Shown piece after piece: positions 32,312-44,130 of a DNA stretch of 64,000 nucleotides. Source of the stretch: an uncultured Gemmatimonadaceae bacterium (lineage in GTDB: Bacteria; Gemmatimonadota; Gemmatimonadetes; Gemmatimonadales; Gemmatimonadaceae); the NCBI GenBank assembly GCA_963843845.1, contig CAWJMB010000007.1, positions 32,875 through 96,874 of the forward strand, read 5' to 3'. The notes below the pieces were generated by a model. That model was not told the origin of the DNA. It was given only the letters and a program-made list of their open reading frames with translations, and did no database searches. Positions within the stretch are counted from its first letter, which is position 1, and every line of letters starts with the position of its first letter. The position numbers and the translations under genes are program-made.

Positions 32312-35235
32312 TCACGGCACGGCGCCCGCCGTCCCGGCCCGCCGCGGATCGGCGCCCGCCGTGACCCCGTTCGGTCCGAACGTGATCGCCGCGCCATATC
32401 CCTCCCGCAGTTCTCCGGGGAGCGACACGAACTGCAGCCGGTATCCCATCGCCTGCAGGCGCCGCACGACTGCCGGCGCGAAGCCCGTCCTCGATCTGAA
32501 CGACCGGCGCGTCGTTCACCCGCGCCGCCCGGCAGAAAGCGCGGCAGCTCGAGTGCCCGCTGGGCGTCGAGCCGTCCGTCGACGACGCCGACGAGCGTCT
32601 GGTAGACCGCCGAGCCGATCCACGCGTTGCCGGCCGCGCCGACGGCGAGCAGCGGCCGCGCGTTCGGCGCCGCGCTCTCGAGCACGATCGTCGGCGCGAG
32701 CGTGCTGCCGTGGCGCGCGAACGGGAGGCGCGCGCCGTACTCGTTCGGGTCGGTGCCGTACGACGTCAGCTTGTCGTTGTAGAGAAAGCCGAGCCCGGGG
32801 GTGACGTAGAAGTTGCCGCCCCAGGTGCCTAACGTCTGCGTCACGGCGACGACGTTGCCCTCCGCGTCGGCGACGGCGAACGCCGTGGTGCCCGCGGCTC
32901 GGCAGCGGCTCATCTCGCGCGCGTGGTCGGCGCCGCACGGCCCCTCATCCTGAGCGACGCGAAGGGGCGCCTCGTCGCCTGTGTCGGTCGTCGGGCGCCG
33001 CGGCGCCGCATTCATGCGCGCCGAGTCGCAGGGAAGCTTGACGGGGTGCGCGGCGTCGAAGCAGCGGGCGCGCGCGAGCGCCGTGTCGCGGCTCGTGAAG
33101 GGCGACACGTCGGTCGGCCACAGCCCCGGGTCCGCGATGCGCCCGCGACTGCTCGGCACGAGCTGCCAGGCGGCGAGCATCGCGTGCAGCGTCGGCGCGT
33201 CGTCCGCGTACGGCTGCGGCCGCGGCGCGAGCTGCTCGAGGATCTGCAACTGCGCGACGAGCGACGCGCCCCCGGAGACCGGCGGGGCGCTCGACCAGAC
33301 CGCGCGGCCGCGATACGTCCCGCCGACCGGCTCGCGCTCCGCGGCGTAGTAGCGCGCCATGTCGGTGAGGCGCATCGCGTTCCCCTGGCCGCGCAGATCC
33401 TGCACGAGCCGGCGCGCGACCTCGCCCTGGTAGAAGCCGTCCGCCCCGCGCGCCGCGATCTGCTCGAGCGTCCACGCGAGGTCGGGGTTGCGGATCGTGT
33501 CGCCGGCGGCGAGCGGGCGCCCGTCGCGGAAGAACAGCGCGCGACTGCCGGCATACTTCCGGAACGCGGCCTGCTCGGTCGCGAGCGTCGTCGCCAGCCC
33601 CTCGCTCACGACGTAGCCCTCGCGCGCGGCGCGGATCGCCGGCGCGAGCAAGTCGCGCCATGCGACTTTCTTCCCGCCGTAGCGCTTCCACGCCGTGTGC
33701 ATCCCCGCGACCGTGCCGGGAACGATCGGGAGCACGGGGCCGTCCTCGGGGTAGCGGCCGTTCTGCAGCAGCGCGCCGTTCGCGAGCGACGCCTCTTCCG
33801 GCACGCGACTCATGAACTCGATCAGCGCGGGGCGCGTCATCCCCGGCTGGAACACCAGCATCTCGCCGTAGCCGCCGACACCGCTCGCGTCGGGCTCGAC
33901 GACGCCCAGCGCGAACGACACGGCGACCGCGGCGTCGACGACGTTGCCCCCCTTGCGGAGGATCTCGAGCCCCGCCGCCGTCGCGACCGGGTGCGCGCTC
34001 GACACCGCGGCGCGCCCGGTCGCGCTCGCGCGCAGCGGCGGGCGCTCGGCGAGCATGCGGTGCAGCGCGTCGTCGAGTGCAGCATCGGTCGGCGCCGCCA
34101 GAATCGCGGGCCGATGCCTGTCGCGTACGGCCGCCCACGCGTCGCGCCGATCGCGCGCCGAGTCGCCGGCGTAGTACAGGGCCGCCGTGCGCGCCCACGT
34201 CCGCTCGAGCGCCTCCGCGTTGCGCTCGGCGCGCGTGCGGGCGACGGCGACCGTGCGCGGCGCGAGCGACGCGTCGACGGCGGCCGGCGCGTCGACCGTC
34301 CACAGCCCGGGATCGTTCGCCGCGCGCAGCCGCTCGCCGACGTCGCGCGACGGATCGTGCAGCCGGTCGGGGTCGCCGTTGTAGCCCGGCGCGTCCTCGC
34401 CCGCCGGCGCGAGCGCGAGCGTGCGGCCGTCGGGCGACCAGGCGACGGCCGCGCGGCGCGCGCTCACGAGGTTCACGTAGCGGCCGTCCAACGGCGTCAC
34501 GGAGACGCCCCCCCGCAGCCCGGGCGTCCCGAACGCGAGCCGCTCGCCGTCGGGGGAGAACGCCGGCCGCTCGACCGCCTGGCCGGCGAGCACGGTGCTG
34601 TCGGTGCGCACGCTGTCGACGCGGCCGCTGTCGCCGCGCACGAGGAAGCGCACGTGCAGCCGCGCGCCGCGCTCGTCGAGCGTGACCGAGGCGAGGCGGG
34701 CGCCGTCGCGCGAGAACGCGGGCCACCGCTCCGGGGCGGCCGGCGCCGCGCTCGCCGTCGCGCCGCCCGCGCCGGCGCCGCGCCCGACGCCCAGCGGCCG
34801 CTCCCGGCCGTCGACGCCGCGCAGCCAGAGACGCGCCGTCGCGCCGCTGCCGCGCACGAACGCGACGCGCCCGTCCGGCGCGACCGCCGGCTCGCCGTCC
34901 GGCTCGGGCGATGTCGTCAGCCGCTCGGGGGTGCCTGACGCCCCGTTCGGCCCGACGCGCACGCGCCAGAGATCGAAGGTGCCCGCGCGGTCGGAGGCGA
35001 ACACGACGGCGTTCCCGTCGCCGCTCCACGCCGGCTCGCGGTCCCACGCGGCGCCCTGCGTCAGGCGGACCCACCGCGGCGCGGCACGCGACCCGGCCGT
35101 CACCGGCTCGGCGCTGACCCACAGGTCGCCGTCGACGGCGATCGCGAGGCGGCCGTCGGGGGCGTAGGCCGGCGTGCGAGCGGAGCCGGGGAGCGCGGGC
35201 TGCAGAACGGCGAGAGCGAGGGCGAGAAGACGCAT
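32312..35235 (-). CDS. Gamma-glutamyltransferase fused to N-terminal TolB/PD40 beta-propeller (apparent frameshifts near 32480-32520)
   Basis: PAYAPDG, PAWSGDG, PAFSPDG repeats; SAHPVAT, GGNVVDAAVA, EPDASGVGG, nucleophile GTTAFAVADAEGN, ADPRR end. Confidence 0.88.
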
Positions 35236-35401
35236 CGGCGCGGGGTCGGGGGCGGGCGTGTCAGAGCAATGAGCGCGCACGTCGCGCGGAGGGCAAGCGC
35301 GGGGCGAGACCCGCGCCCAGACGCGCGCGCGCGGCGACGGGGGGCGGGACGCGCCCGCGCCCGCGGTGTGACCCGCGCGCCTTCCGTCGCGTCGTTCGGG
35401 G

Positions 35402-36118
35402 ATGACGGAGGCCACGCGCGACGATCGACCGACGCGACTCGAGCGCGGCGCGCGGGGCGCGCTCGTCGTGCTGCTCGCGTGGCACTCGCTCGCCTGGATG
35501 GGCGACCCGGCACGAGGCCCCGCCGACGGCACGTGGCTCCTGCACGGCGTCTCGTTAGGCATGCACGAGACGGGGCACCTCGTCTTCGCGCCGTTCGGCG
35601 AGGTCGCCGCCGTGCTGGGCGGCTCGCTGCTGCAGCTGCTGCTGCCGCTCGCGTTCGTCGCCGAGTTCGCGCGGCGCCGCCGCTGGGACGGCGCCGCGCT
35701 CTCCCTCTGGTGGGTCGCGCAGAACGGCTGGGACGTCGCCGTCTACGTCGCCGACGCGCGCGCCGAGTCGCTGCCGCTCGTCGGCGGCGGGGAGCACGAC
35801 TGGGCGTTCCTGCTGATGCGCTGGCACGCGCTCGCGGCGGACCACTCGATCGCGCGGGGGCTCGCGCACGGCGCGTCGGCGCTCGCCGTCGTCGCGCTCG
35901 TGTGGGCCGCGTTCGCCCCCGCGTCTGCGGCGTACGCCGCGTGCGCCCCGGCGGCCGACGAACCGGCGGCCGCCGAACCGACGGCTACTGCAGCGCCTTC
36001 GGCGCCGCCGCCCGCTCGGCCTGGTCCTCGACCGTCTTCAGCACGTCGCGCCACGCGAACTTCTGCTTCGTTCCCTTCACCCAGTAGTCCATCCACGCCA
36101 TCTCGACCATGCTCTTGA
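35402..36118 (+). CDS. Membrane protein with HExxH motif (M50-like); 3' end uncertain because it overlaps the convergent gene
   Basis: MHETGHLVF, LGGSLLQ, YVADAR, HDWAFLL. Confidence 0.7.
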   Translation: MTEATRDDRPTRLERGARGALVVLLAWHSLAWMGDPARGPADGTWLLHGVSLGMHETGHLVFAPFGEVAAVLGGSLLQLLLPLAFVAEFARRRRWDGAALSLWWVAQNGWDVAVYVADARAESLPLVGGGEHDWAFLLMRWHALAADHSIARGLAHGASALAVVALVWAAFAPASAAYAACAPAADEPAAAEPTATAAPSAPPPARPGPRPSSARRATRTSASFPSPSSPSTPSRPCS

Positions 36119-38302
36119 AGAGCTGGTTGCGCGCGTCGGGGATGCCGTGCGACGCGCCCGGGTAGACGTAGAACTCGGTCGGCACGCCGAGCCGCTTGAG
36201 CGCCATGTGCAGCTCCTCGCTCTGCGGGCGCGGCACGCGCGGGTCGCCGTCGACGACGTGGATCATCGTCGGCGTCTTCGCGTTCTTGATGTACTTGATC
36301 GGGGATTGGTTCCAGTACGCGTCGAAATCGTCGTACGGCAGCTTGTCGCCCAGGTAGAACTGCCGGTTCCGCTGCACGTCCGACTCGGCGTACATCGAGA
36401 TCCAGTTCGACGTGCCGGCGCCGGAGCTGATCGCCTTGAAGCGGTCGGTGTGCGTGAGGATCCAGTTCGACCAGTGCCCGCCGGCGCTCCAGCCGAGCAC
36501 GCCCATCTTGTCCGGGTCGACGAGGCCGCTCGCGATCAGCGAGTCGACGCCGGTCATGATGTCCTGATAGCCGGGGTCGAAGTAGTTGCCGACGATCCCG
36601 TTCTTGTGCGCCTCGCCGTAGTTCGTCGAGCCGCGGTAGTTCGGCATGAGCACCGCGTAGCCGGCGCCCGCGTACGACCTGCGCGCCATAGCCGCCGTTG
36701 AAGCCGAGGAGGTCGGCCGCGGCCGGCCCGCCGTGGATCGCGACGATCAGCGGGTAGCGCGTGCCCGGCCGGTAGCCCACGGGCTTGACGAGGACGCCCC
36801 CGACGCGCTTCCCGTCCTTCGACGTCCACATGATCTCCGACTCCTCGCCTAACGCGAAGCCCTTCACCTGCGGGTTCGCGTCGGTGAGCTGCTTCCACGC
36901 CGCGCGGGTCGCCACCTGGTCGAGCGACGCGACGGTGTAGAGGGTGTTCGGCGTCGTCGGGTCGCTGTAGGTGATGAGGATGCGCTTCGAGTCGTCGTCG
37001 CGGTTCACGTTCACGACGGCCCGCTCGTTCGTCACCTGCCGAACGGCGCCCTTCGCGACGTCGAGCGCGAACAGCTGGTTCGTCGCGCGCGACCCCTCGT
37101 TGAAGTAGATCGTCTTCCCGTCCGGCGACCAGAAGCTCACCGACACGTCGCCGTCGAAGTCCGTGCCGAGCTTGCGCCACTGGCCGCCCGTGTCCGCCGT
37201 GCGGCGCAGATAGACGCGGGTGTTCGACATCGTGTAGCGCGTCAGGTCGTTCGGCGCCGAGAACGCGACCCACTGCCCGTCGGGGGAGAAGCTGACGGTG
37301 CTCTCCGCGACTTCCGTGTTGTTCGTGAGCCGCTCGATCGCGCCGCTCGCCGTCTCGAGCAGATAGTCGTCGCCGTAGATCCCTTCCTCGGTGACGTTGC
37401 GCTTGATAGCGGTTCGACGAGATCGCGCGGAAGCCGATCCACTTTCCGTCGTCGGAGACGGTGAAGTTCGAGACGGTGATCGCGGTGTCGCGCGTGAGGC
37501 GCGTCGTGCGCCGTCCGTCGAGGTCGAACGCCCAGAGGCTCGAGACCGGCGTCTCCATGTTGCGGACCATGACGGTGAAGCGGCTGTCGCGGCGCAGCTT
37601 CTCGTCGGCGTCGATCGTGTCGGCGGTGACGAAGTAGATGCGCCGGTCATCGGGCGCGAGCTTCCACAGGCCGACGCCGGTCGCGTGGCGGGTGAGCTGC
37701 TCCGCCTTCGCGGTGTCGAGGCCGGCGACCGGGAGGCGATAGAGCTGCTCCTCGCCCGCCTTGCCGCTGCGATAGACGAGCGACCTGCCGTCCGTCGTGA
37801 ACGCGAACGTCGAGACGCCGTCGCGTGCGTCGGTGATCCGGCGCGCCTCGCCGCCGTCGGGGCGCATCATGTAGAGCTGCGTACCGGCGCCGCCTCCGCT
37901 TCCGCCGCCCGCGTTCGCCGCGCTGCCACCCGCCGCCGCCTCACCGGCCGGCGCGTCGCGGTTCGACGCGAACACGAAGAACGCGCCGTCGCGCGACCAC
38001 GTCGGGTTCGTCTCGTTCTTGTCCTTCGTGAACGTCAGCTGCCGCGTCGACGGCACGCCCTGCTCGGCCGAGACGAGGAAGATGTCGGTCTGGCGCCGCG
38101 CCTCCTTCCAGTCGGGGAACGACAGCGTGTAGAGCACCCACCGCCCGTCGGGGCTCGGCGCGGCGCCGCCGACGGTGCGCATCTGCTGCGCGTCGAGCGG
38201 GGTCATCGGGCGCTTGGCCGCGGCCGTCGCGGGCGACGCCGACTGCGCGTGCAGCGCCGGGGCCGCGGCGAGAAGAAAGGGGAGAGCGGAACGGAGAGAC
38301 AT
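35985..38302 (-). CDS. S9 family prolyl oligopeptidase / aminoacyl peptidase (two apparent frameshifts)
   Basis: Signal peptide, SPDG propeller repeats, IHGGP, PNYRGSTNYG, GWSAGG, DPRVP, HGI. Confidence 0.92.
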
Positions 38303-38408
38303 GACGCGCTCGTGGAGAGGGGTGGCACGGGGTCGTGCTCTCGGAAGCTAGGAGCGACCCCGGACCACGCAACGCCGCCCGCCCGCGGCGTCCGCGCCGG
38401 GCGCCTGT

Positions 38409-38735
38409 CTAACGCGGCGGTGCGGTGTAGGCCGGCGCCCGCTCGCGCACGCTCGGCAGCGTGACGCCCTCGTAGATCGCGTCGAGGGTGAGCGTCGCGC
38501 GCGGGCACCGCAGCGTGACGGCCCCGTCGCCGGCGAGCGCCGCGCGCAACGCGAGGCCGCCGGCGTCCGGCTCGTACCACGCGACGAAGCGGCGCCGGTG
38601 GTCGACGATCAGATACGCCTCGAGCGAGGGGAGCTTGCTGTACGCGACGAGCTTCTCGCGGCGGTCGGTCGCCCGCGTGCTCGGCGAGGTCACCTCGACG
38701 CTCAGGCGCCGGCCGCGCGGAAGGCGTTCGCTCAT
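38409..38735 (-). pseudogene. Uma2 family endonuclease, N-terminally truncated remnant
   Basis: VEVTSPSTRATDRREKLVAY..LPSLEAYLIVD is the C-terminal half of Uma2; no PD motif and no room for the N-terminal half before the amidase. Confidence 0.7.
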
Positions 38736-38786
38736 GCGGCCGAGTATAGGACGCCGGCCGGCCGAGTCAATCACGACAGCAGCAGG

Positions 38787-40517
38787 TCACGGAAAGCCCG
38801 GCGGCGGCACGCGCCGCCGCGTCGCCTGCTCGAACGCGTACGCCAGCCGGATCAGCGTCGGCTCCGCGCACGCCGACGCGGTGAAGCTGACGCCGAACGG
38901 CGCCGGCTTCGGGTCGAACCCGGCCGGGAACGCGGTCGCGCCGGTGCCGTTAGGCACCGGGACCGTCCCGAACGGCACCGTGATCGTCGGGTAGCCGGGG
39001 CGCGCGCCGAGGTCCGCGCTGCTCACGCCGGGGAAGAACAGCGCGTCGAGGCGGTGCGCGCGCATGGCGGCGTCGATGCCGCGCTCGCCGGTGAGCAGGA
39101 GGTCCTTACGCCGGTCGGCCTCGTAGCGCGCGCGGTCGCCTCGCACGTCCATCTCGTCGGAGACGTCGAGCTGCGCCTGGCCGTAGCGGATCGCGCCGGC
39201 GCGCTGGTGCGCGACGTTCCACTGGCGCAATGCCGTGAGTGTCGGCACCGGGGCGCGGTCGCCTAACGACCCGAGCCAGGCGTTGAAGTCGCGCTTCATG
39301 CCGTACTTGAGCACGATCGAGCAGGCGGCGTCGCGGCCGCGGCCGCCGTCGGGCCCGGAGCACGGGCTCCAGTTCAGCAGGTTCCCCGCGGCGCTCGTGT
39401 CGACGACGCTCGGGATGTCGGCCGGGTCGATGACCACCGCACCCTGCTCACGCAGGGTGCGGATCGCCTCGTCCATGCGCGCGCGCTGCGCCTCGGAGAG
39501 CCCGCCGCGCGCGGTCGCGCTGCCGCCCGCCTTCGTCGCGTCGTAGTAGTACGCGCGCGGGATCCCGATGCGCGCGCCGCGCAGCCCCTGCCGGTCGAGG
39601 AAGCGCGTGTAGTCGCGGTCCGGCGGCGGCGGGCAGCGCGTGGTGGCCGAGTCGTCGGGGTCGGGGCGCGCGCCCTCGAGCGCGCCCAACAGGACGGCCG
39701 CGTCGGCGACGGTGCGCGCCATCGGGCCCGGCGTGTCCTGGTCGGCGGTGATGGGGATGACGCCGTGGCGGCTCACCCGCCCCACGGTCGGCTTGATGCC
39801 GACGAGCATGTTCTGCTGCGACGGGCTGAGGATCGATCCCGACGTCTCGGTGCCGACGTTCGCCGCCCAGAAGCTCACCGCCGTCCCGGCGCCGGAGCTC
39901 GAGCCGCCGGTGCCTAACACGGGGCGGCCGTCGAACGTGCTCTCGCGCGGGTCGCGGCGCGGGTCGTACGGGTTGAGGCCGAACCCGGCGAGCGCGTTGT
40001 AGTTGCCGGGCATCCCGCTCGCGACCCAGTTCGCGAGCTCGGTGAGCTGCGCCTTCGCGAGGATGATGGCGCCGGCGTCGCGCAAGTTCTTCGTGAGCGT
40101 CGCGTCGTACGGGGGCACGAGTCCGGAGAACGCGAGCGCGCCGCCCGTCGTCGGCATGTCGGCCGTGTGGATGTTGTCCTTGAGCGCGATGGGGATACCG
40201 TGCAGCGGCCCCCGCGCTCGCCCCGCCGCCCGCTCGCGGTCGCGCGCGTCGGCCTCGGCGAGCGCGTTCGGGTTCACGGAGACGACCGCGTTGATGCGAT
40301 CCTCGTAGAGCGCGATGCGCGTGAGATACTGCAACACCAGCTCGCGCGATGTGACGCGCCCGGCGTCGAGCGCGGCGCGCAGGTCGGCGATGCTCGTCTC
40401 GACGACGGTGACGGGTGCCGGCGCTGGCGTGGTGCGTCGCGCCGGCTGCGCGACGAGCGGGTGCGCCGCGGCGAGGAGGAGCGGCAGGGCGAGGAGACGT
40501 CGTGTGGCGATGGGCAT
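38787..40517 (-). CDS. Secreted amidase-signature enzyme
   Basis: GPLHGIPIALKDNI, GGSSSG, GTETSGSILSPS, VGIKPTVG. Confidence 0.95.
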   Translation of the reverse strand: MPIATRRLLALPLLLAAAHPLVAQPARRTTPAPAPVTVVETSIADLRAALDAGRVTSRELVLQYLTRIALYEDRINAVVSVNPNALAEADARDRERAAGRARGPLHGIPIALKDNIHTADMPTTGGALAFSGLVPPYDATLTKNLRDAGAIILAKAQLTELANWVASGMPGNYNALAGFGLNPYDPRRDPRESTFDGRPVLGTGGSSSGAGTAVSFWAANVGTETSGSILSPSQQNMLVGIKPTVGRVSRHGVIPITADQDTPGPMARTVADAAVLLGALEGARPDPDDSATTRCPPPPDRDYTRFLDRQGLRGARIGIPRAYYYDATKAGGSATARGGLSEAQRARMDEAIRTLREQGAVVIDPADIPSVVDTSAAGNLLNWSPCSGPDGGRGRDAACSIVLKYGMKRDFNAWLGSLGDRAPVPTLTALRQWNVAHQRAGAIRYGQAQLDVSDEMDVRGDRARYEADRRKDLLLTGERGIDAAMRAHRLDALFFPGVSSADLGARPGYPTITVPFGTVPVPNGTGATAFPAGFDPKPAPFGVSFTASACAEPTLIRLAYAFEQATRRRVPPPGFP

Positions 40518-40705
40518 GGCCGGACGTTACGGCCGCGCGATGCACGCGTCCACGATCGCGGTACGACTGGCCCGGCTCGCTCCACGTGCCGACGCTCGAC
40601 ATGACGACGGTGCGCGGTGCATCGTGCAGCGCCGCCGTCGCGCCCGTGGCGACGGCCCGACGACGGCGTGTGACGGATTCGCCGGCCACCTCCCGCATCT
40701 CGCTC

Positions 40706-42793
40706 ATGCGTTCCCTCCTGCTGGTGCTCGTCCCGACGCTCGTGATCGCGCAGCCGCCGTCGCGCTCGTCCTCGTCGTCGCAGCACGACGCGTTGCTCCG
40801 CGCCGAGGACGCCCGCGCGTCGACCGCCGCCGAGCTGGCGACGCTGCGCGACGGGCTGCGCGCCGCGTCGCCCGCGGTACGCCGCGTCGCCGCGCGCGGG
40901 ATCGGCCGGCTCGAACGTGCGGCGCTCGTCCCCGCTCTCGTCGCGCTGCTCGACGACGACGACTCGACCGTTCGCGCGACCGCGGCGCTCGCGCTGATTC
41001 CGGCGACGGCGCGCGGCGCGGCGAGCGACGCGCGCGCCGCAGCGCTCGTGCACCTCGACGGCGAGCCGAACGACTCGGCGGCCGCGGCGCTCATGGAGCT
41101 CGTCGGGTGGACGACGCACGCCGACAGCGCCCAGGTGCGAGCGAGCGCCGAGGCGATCGCGAGGCAGCTGCGGCGACGTCCGGCGCTCACCTACGACGCG
41201 GCACATGCGCTGTACGGCCTCTCGCGCCAGCCGGCGGCGCGCCGCGCGCTCTCTGCCGACGCGATCTCGGCACTCGTCACGATGCTCACGCACCGCGGGG
41301 ACGGCGCGGGCGGGGCGGCTCCGAGCCGCGACGGTGTGAGCACCGGTACCGCGCGTCGCGCCGCCGAGGTGCGCGAGCTGGCGGGGTCGGCGCTGTTCGG
41401 GGCGCAGGCGCCGCAGGGCACGCTCGACTCCGCGGCGACGACGCTGTTCGCCGATCCGGATCGCCTCGTGCGCGGCATCGCCGTGCGCGCCGCGACGGCG
41501 CTCACCGACACAGCGGCCGCGTCCCGCGTGGTGCACCGCGCGCTCGCCGACGACGCGCCATCGGTGCGCTACCTCGGCGTCGGCGCGTACGCGCGTCGCT
41601 TCGGAGCGCGTCGGCAGTGCGGGCCGCTCGTCGCGGCGTTGGACGACGCCGACCTGACGGTGCAGCTCGCGGCGGCCGACGCGCTCGGCGCGCTGAGCGG
41701 CGGGTGCGAGCGCGGGTCGTCGGCGGCGGCGCGGCTCGACGCGCTCGCCGGCACGTCAGGCGGCGGCGCGTGGCACCTGCCGGCGCATGCGCTCCTCGCG
41801 CTCGCGACCGTCGACCCGGAGCGCGCGCGGCGGCGACTGCCGCCGTTCGTCTCGCATTCGGCGTTCTTCGCGCGTGACTACGCGGCGCGCGTCGCGACCG
41901 CCCTCCGCGACTCGGCCACGCTGCGGCGGCTCGCGATGCGCGACCGGCATCCGAACGTGCGCACGACGGCGATCGCCGGTCTGTCGTCGGTCGTCGGCCA
42001 CGCCGCCGACGGCGTGTACGTCGACGCGCTCCGCTCGGACGACAGCCAACTGGTCCAGACGGCCGCCCAGGCGCTCGAGCGGAGCACCGACCCGCGCGCC
42101 CTCCCCGCGCTGCTCGCCGCGCTCGATCGCACGAGCGCGCTGCGCGTCGAGACGTGGCGCGACGGGCGGCTCGCGCTGCTCGAGCGCGTGCGGGCGCTCG
42201 GCGGCGCGCCGAACGTCGACCGCGTCCGGCCGTACGTCGCCGACTTCGACACGACCGTCGCGCGCGTCGCCGCGGACGTCGTCGGCGCGTGGACCGGGAC
42301 GCGCCCCGAGCCGACGCCGCGCCCGCTCGCACGGCAGGCGGTGCCGACCGCGGCGGAGCGCGCGAGACTGGCGCGCCTCAGGATCGTGCTGGCGATGGCG
42401 AGCGGCGACACGGTCGTGCTGCGCCTCTTCCCCGACGATGCGCCGACGAACGCCGCGCGCTTCGCCCGCACCGCGACCGCGGGGCGTCTCGACGGCCTCA
42501 CGATCCACCGCATCGTCCCGACGCGCTTCGTGCAGGGCACGAGCCCCGGCGCGAACGAGTACGCCGGCTGGGGCCCGTTCACGCGCGACGAGCTGTGGCG
42601 GACGAACCGCCGCGGCACCGTCGGCCTCTCGACGCGCGGGCGCGACACCGGCGACGGTCAGATCTACGTCAACGTCGGCGACGTCTTCGAGCTCGACCAC
42701 AACTACACGATCTTCGCCGAGGTCGTCTCGGGGATCGAGGTGGTCGAGCGGATGCAGGAGGGAGCGGTCATCCGCCGGGCGATCGTACGGTGA
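40706..42793 (+). CDS. HEAT-repeat protein with C-terminal cyclophilin-type PPIase domain
   Basis: HEAT-like repeats (VRRVAARGIG, LLDDDDSTVRATAALAL); APTNAARF, HRIVP.FVQG, RGTVGLSTRGRDTGDGQIY, YTIFAEVVSG. Confidence 0.85.
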   Translation: MRSLLLVLVPTLVIAQPPSRSSSSSQHDALLRAEDARASTAAELATLRDGLRAASPAVRRVAARGIGRLERAALVPALVALLDDDDSTVRATAALALIPATARGAASDARAAALVHLDGEPNDSAAAALMELVGWTTHADSAQVRASAEAIARQLRRRPALTYDAAHALYGLSRQPAARRALSADAISALVTMLTHRGDGAGGAAPSRDGVSTGTARRAAEVRELAGSALFGAQAPQGTLDSAATTLFADPDRLVRGIAVRAATALTDTAAASRVVHRALADDAPSVRYLGVGAYARRFGARRQCGPLVAALDDADLTVQLAAADALGALSGGCERGSSAAARLDALAGTSGGGAWHLPAHALLALATVDPERARRRLPPFVSHSAFFARDYAARVATALRDSATLRRLAMRDRHPNVRTTAIAGLSSVVGHAADGVYVDALRSDDSQLVQTAAQALERSTDPRALPALLAALDRTSALRVETWRDGRLALLERVRALGGAPNVDRVRPYVADFDTTVARVAADVVGAWTGTRPEPTPRPLARQAVPTAAERARLARLRIVLAMASGDTVVLRLFPDDAPTNAARFARTATAGRLDGLTIHRIVPTRFVQGTSPGANEYAGWGPFTRDELWRTNRRGTVGLSTRGRDTGDGQIYVNVGDVFELDHNYTIFAEVVSGIEVVERMQEGAVIRRAIVR

Positions 42794-42814
42794 GAGCCGC
42801 CCAGCCCCCGTTCG

Positions 42815-43357
42815 CTACGCGCTCTTGCGGAGCGCCGCGTACTTCTGCCGGAACTTCGCGAGCTTCGGCGCGATCACGACCTGGCAGTACGGCTGGCGCC
42901 CGTTCCGCGCGTAGTAGTCCTGGTGGTACGACTCGGCTGCGTAGAACGTCGTGAGCGGGGCGACTTCGGTGACGATGCGCGCGTCGAACGCGTGCCGCGC
43001 CGTGAGCTCGGCGATCACCGACTCGGCCTCTCGCTTCTGGGCGTCGTCGTGGTAGAACACGACCGAGCGGTACTGCGTGCCGCTGTCCCCGCCCTGCCGG
43101 TTGAGCGTCGTCGGGTCGTGCGTCGCGAAGAAGATCTCCAGTAAGTCGCGATACGACACGATTGCCGGGTCGTACGTGACCTGGATGACCTCGGCGTGCC
43201 CGGTGCGGCCGCTGCACACCGCGTCGTAGCTCGGGTTCGGCACCTGCCCGCCGGCGTACCCCGACTCGACCGTGTGCACGCCGCGCAGCTCGACGAACAC
43301 GGCCTCCGTGCACCAGAAGCATCCACCGCCGAACGTCGCTCTCTGCATCGCTTCCAT
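42815..43357 (-). CDS. msrA: Peptide-methionine (S)-S-oxide reductase
   Basis: [42 protein letters not shown]. Confidence 0.97.
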   Translation of the reverse strand: MEAMQRATFGGGCFWCTEAVFVELRGVHTVESGYAGGQVPNPSYDAVCSGRTGHAEVIQVTYDPAIVSYRDLLEIFFATHDPTTLNRQGGDSGTQYRSVVFYHDDAQKREAESVIAELTARHAFDARIVTEVAPLTTFYAAESYHQDYYARNGRQPYCQVVIAPKLAKFRQKYAALRKSA

Positions 43358-43401
43358 GTCGGTTCTCTCGACTCCGGTTGTTCGTTCTCGCGCCTGTCCG
43401 T

Positions 43402-44058
43402 TCACTCCGACGATGATACCCCGTCGTCGACGACGAGTCCCATCGCGCAGGCGCGGTCGATCGCGCTCAACGCCCACGGCCAGAGCGGCGCACAGCCGTG
43501 CTCGATCGGCGCCATGCGGCGTCGGACCGCCGAGCGGGTGACGCGCGCCGCGCGCCAGCTCTCGGCGCCGTTCACGAGGTTCGACGTCAGCGGCTGCACG
43601 CGGTCGAGCGCGTTCGCGAACCGTGCGGCCGGCGTGGCCCCCGCCTCGAACTCGTCCCACAGCGCGCGGAACCGATCGCGCTGGTCGTCGGGCAGCAGTC
43701 CGAAGAGGCGATCGGCCGCGACCCGCTCGCGCGCCGCCTTGTCGGCGTGCCCCGCGACGTCGTACGCGAACGTGTCGCCGGCGTCGATCTCGACGACGTC
43801 GTGCACGAGACAGAGCTGCACGGCGCGCGACAGGTCCGTGCCGTCGGGCGCGTACTGCGCGAGCACGAGCGCCATCGTCGCCAGATGCCACGAATGCTCG
43901 GCCGAGTTCTCGAAGCGCGATCCGTCGTGCAGCTTGGCGCGGCGCAGCACCCCTTTGAGCCGGTCGATCTCGGCGATGAACGCGAGCTGGCGGTCGAGGC
44001 GGTCGAGGCGGTCGAGGCGGTCGAGCCGGCCTGGCTCGGGCGGGTCGGGAGCGTGCAT
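43402..44058 (-). CDS. HD-domain phosphohydrolase (YfbR/HDDC2-like)
   Basis: [41 protein letters not shown]. Confidence 0.92.
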   Translation of the reverse strand: MHAPDPPEPGRLDRLDRLDRLDRQLAFIAEIDRLKGVLRRAKLHDGSRFENSAEHSWHLATMALVLAQYAPDGTDLSRAVQLCLVHDVVEIDAGDTFAYDVAGHADKAARERVAADRLFGLLPDDQRDRFRALWDEFEAGATPAARFANALDRVQPLTSNLVNGAESWRAARVTRSAVRRRMAPIEHGCAPLWPWALSAIDRACAMGLVVDDGVSSSE

Positions 44059-44130
44059 GGAAAGTTCATGTGCGAGGGATGGCCGCGACGGACGGCGCGT
44101 GCCACACTGTCGGCATCCTCGGAAGGTGCC

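Noticed and set aside
40706..42793. HEAT-repeat/cyclophilin fusion as a novelty
   Set aside because: To my knowledge this architecture recurs in several phyla, and nothing in the context here is unusual
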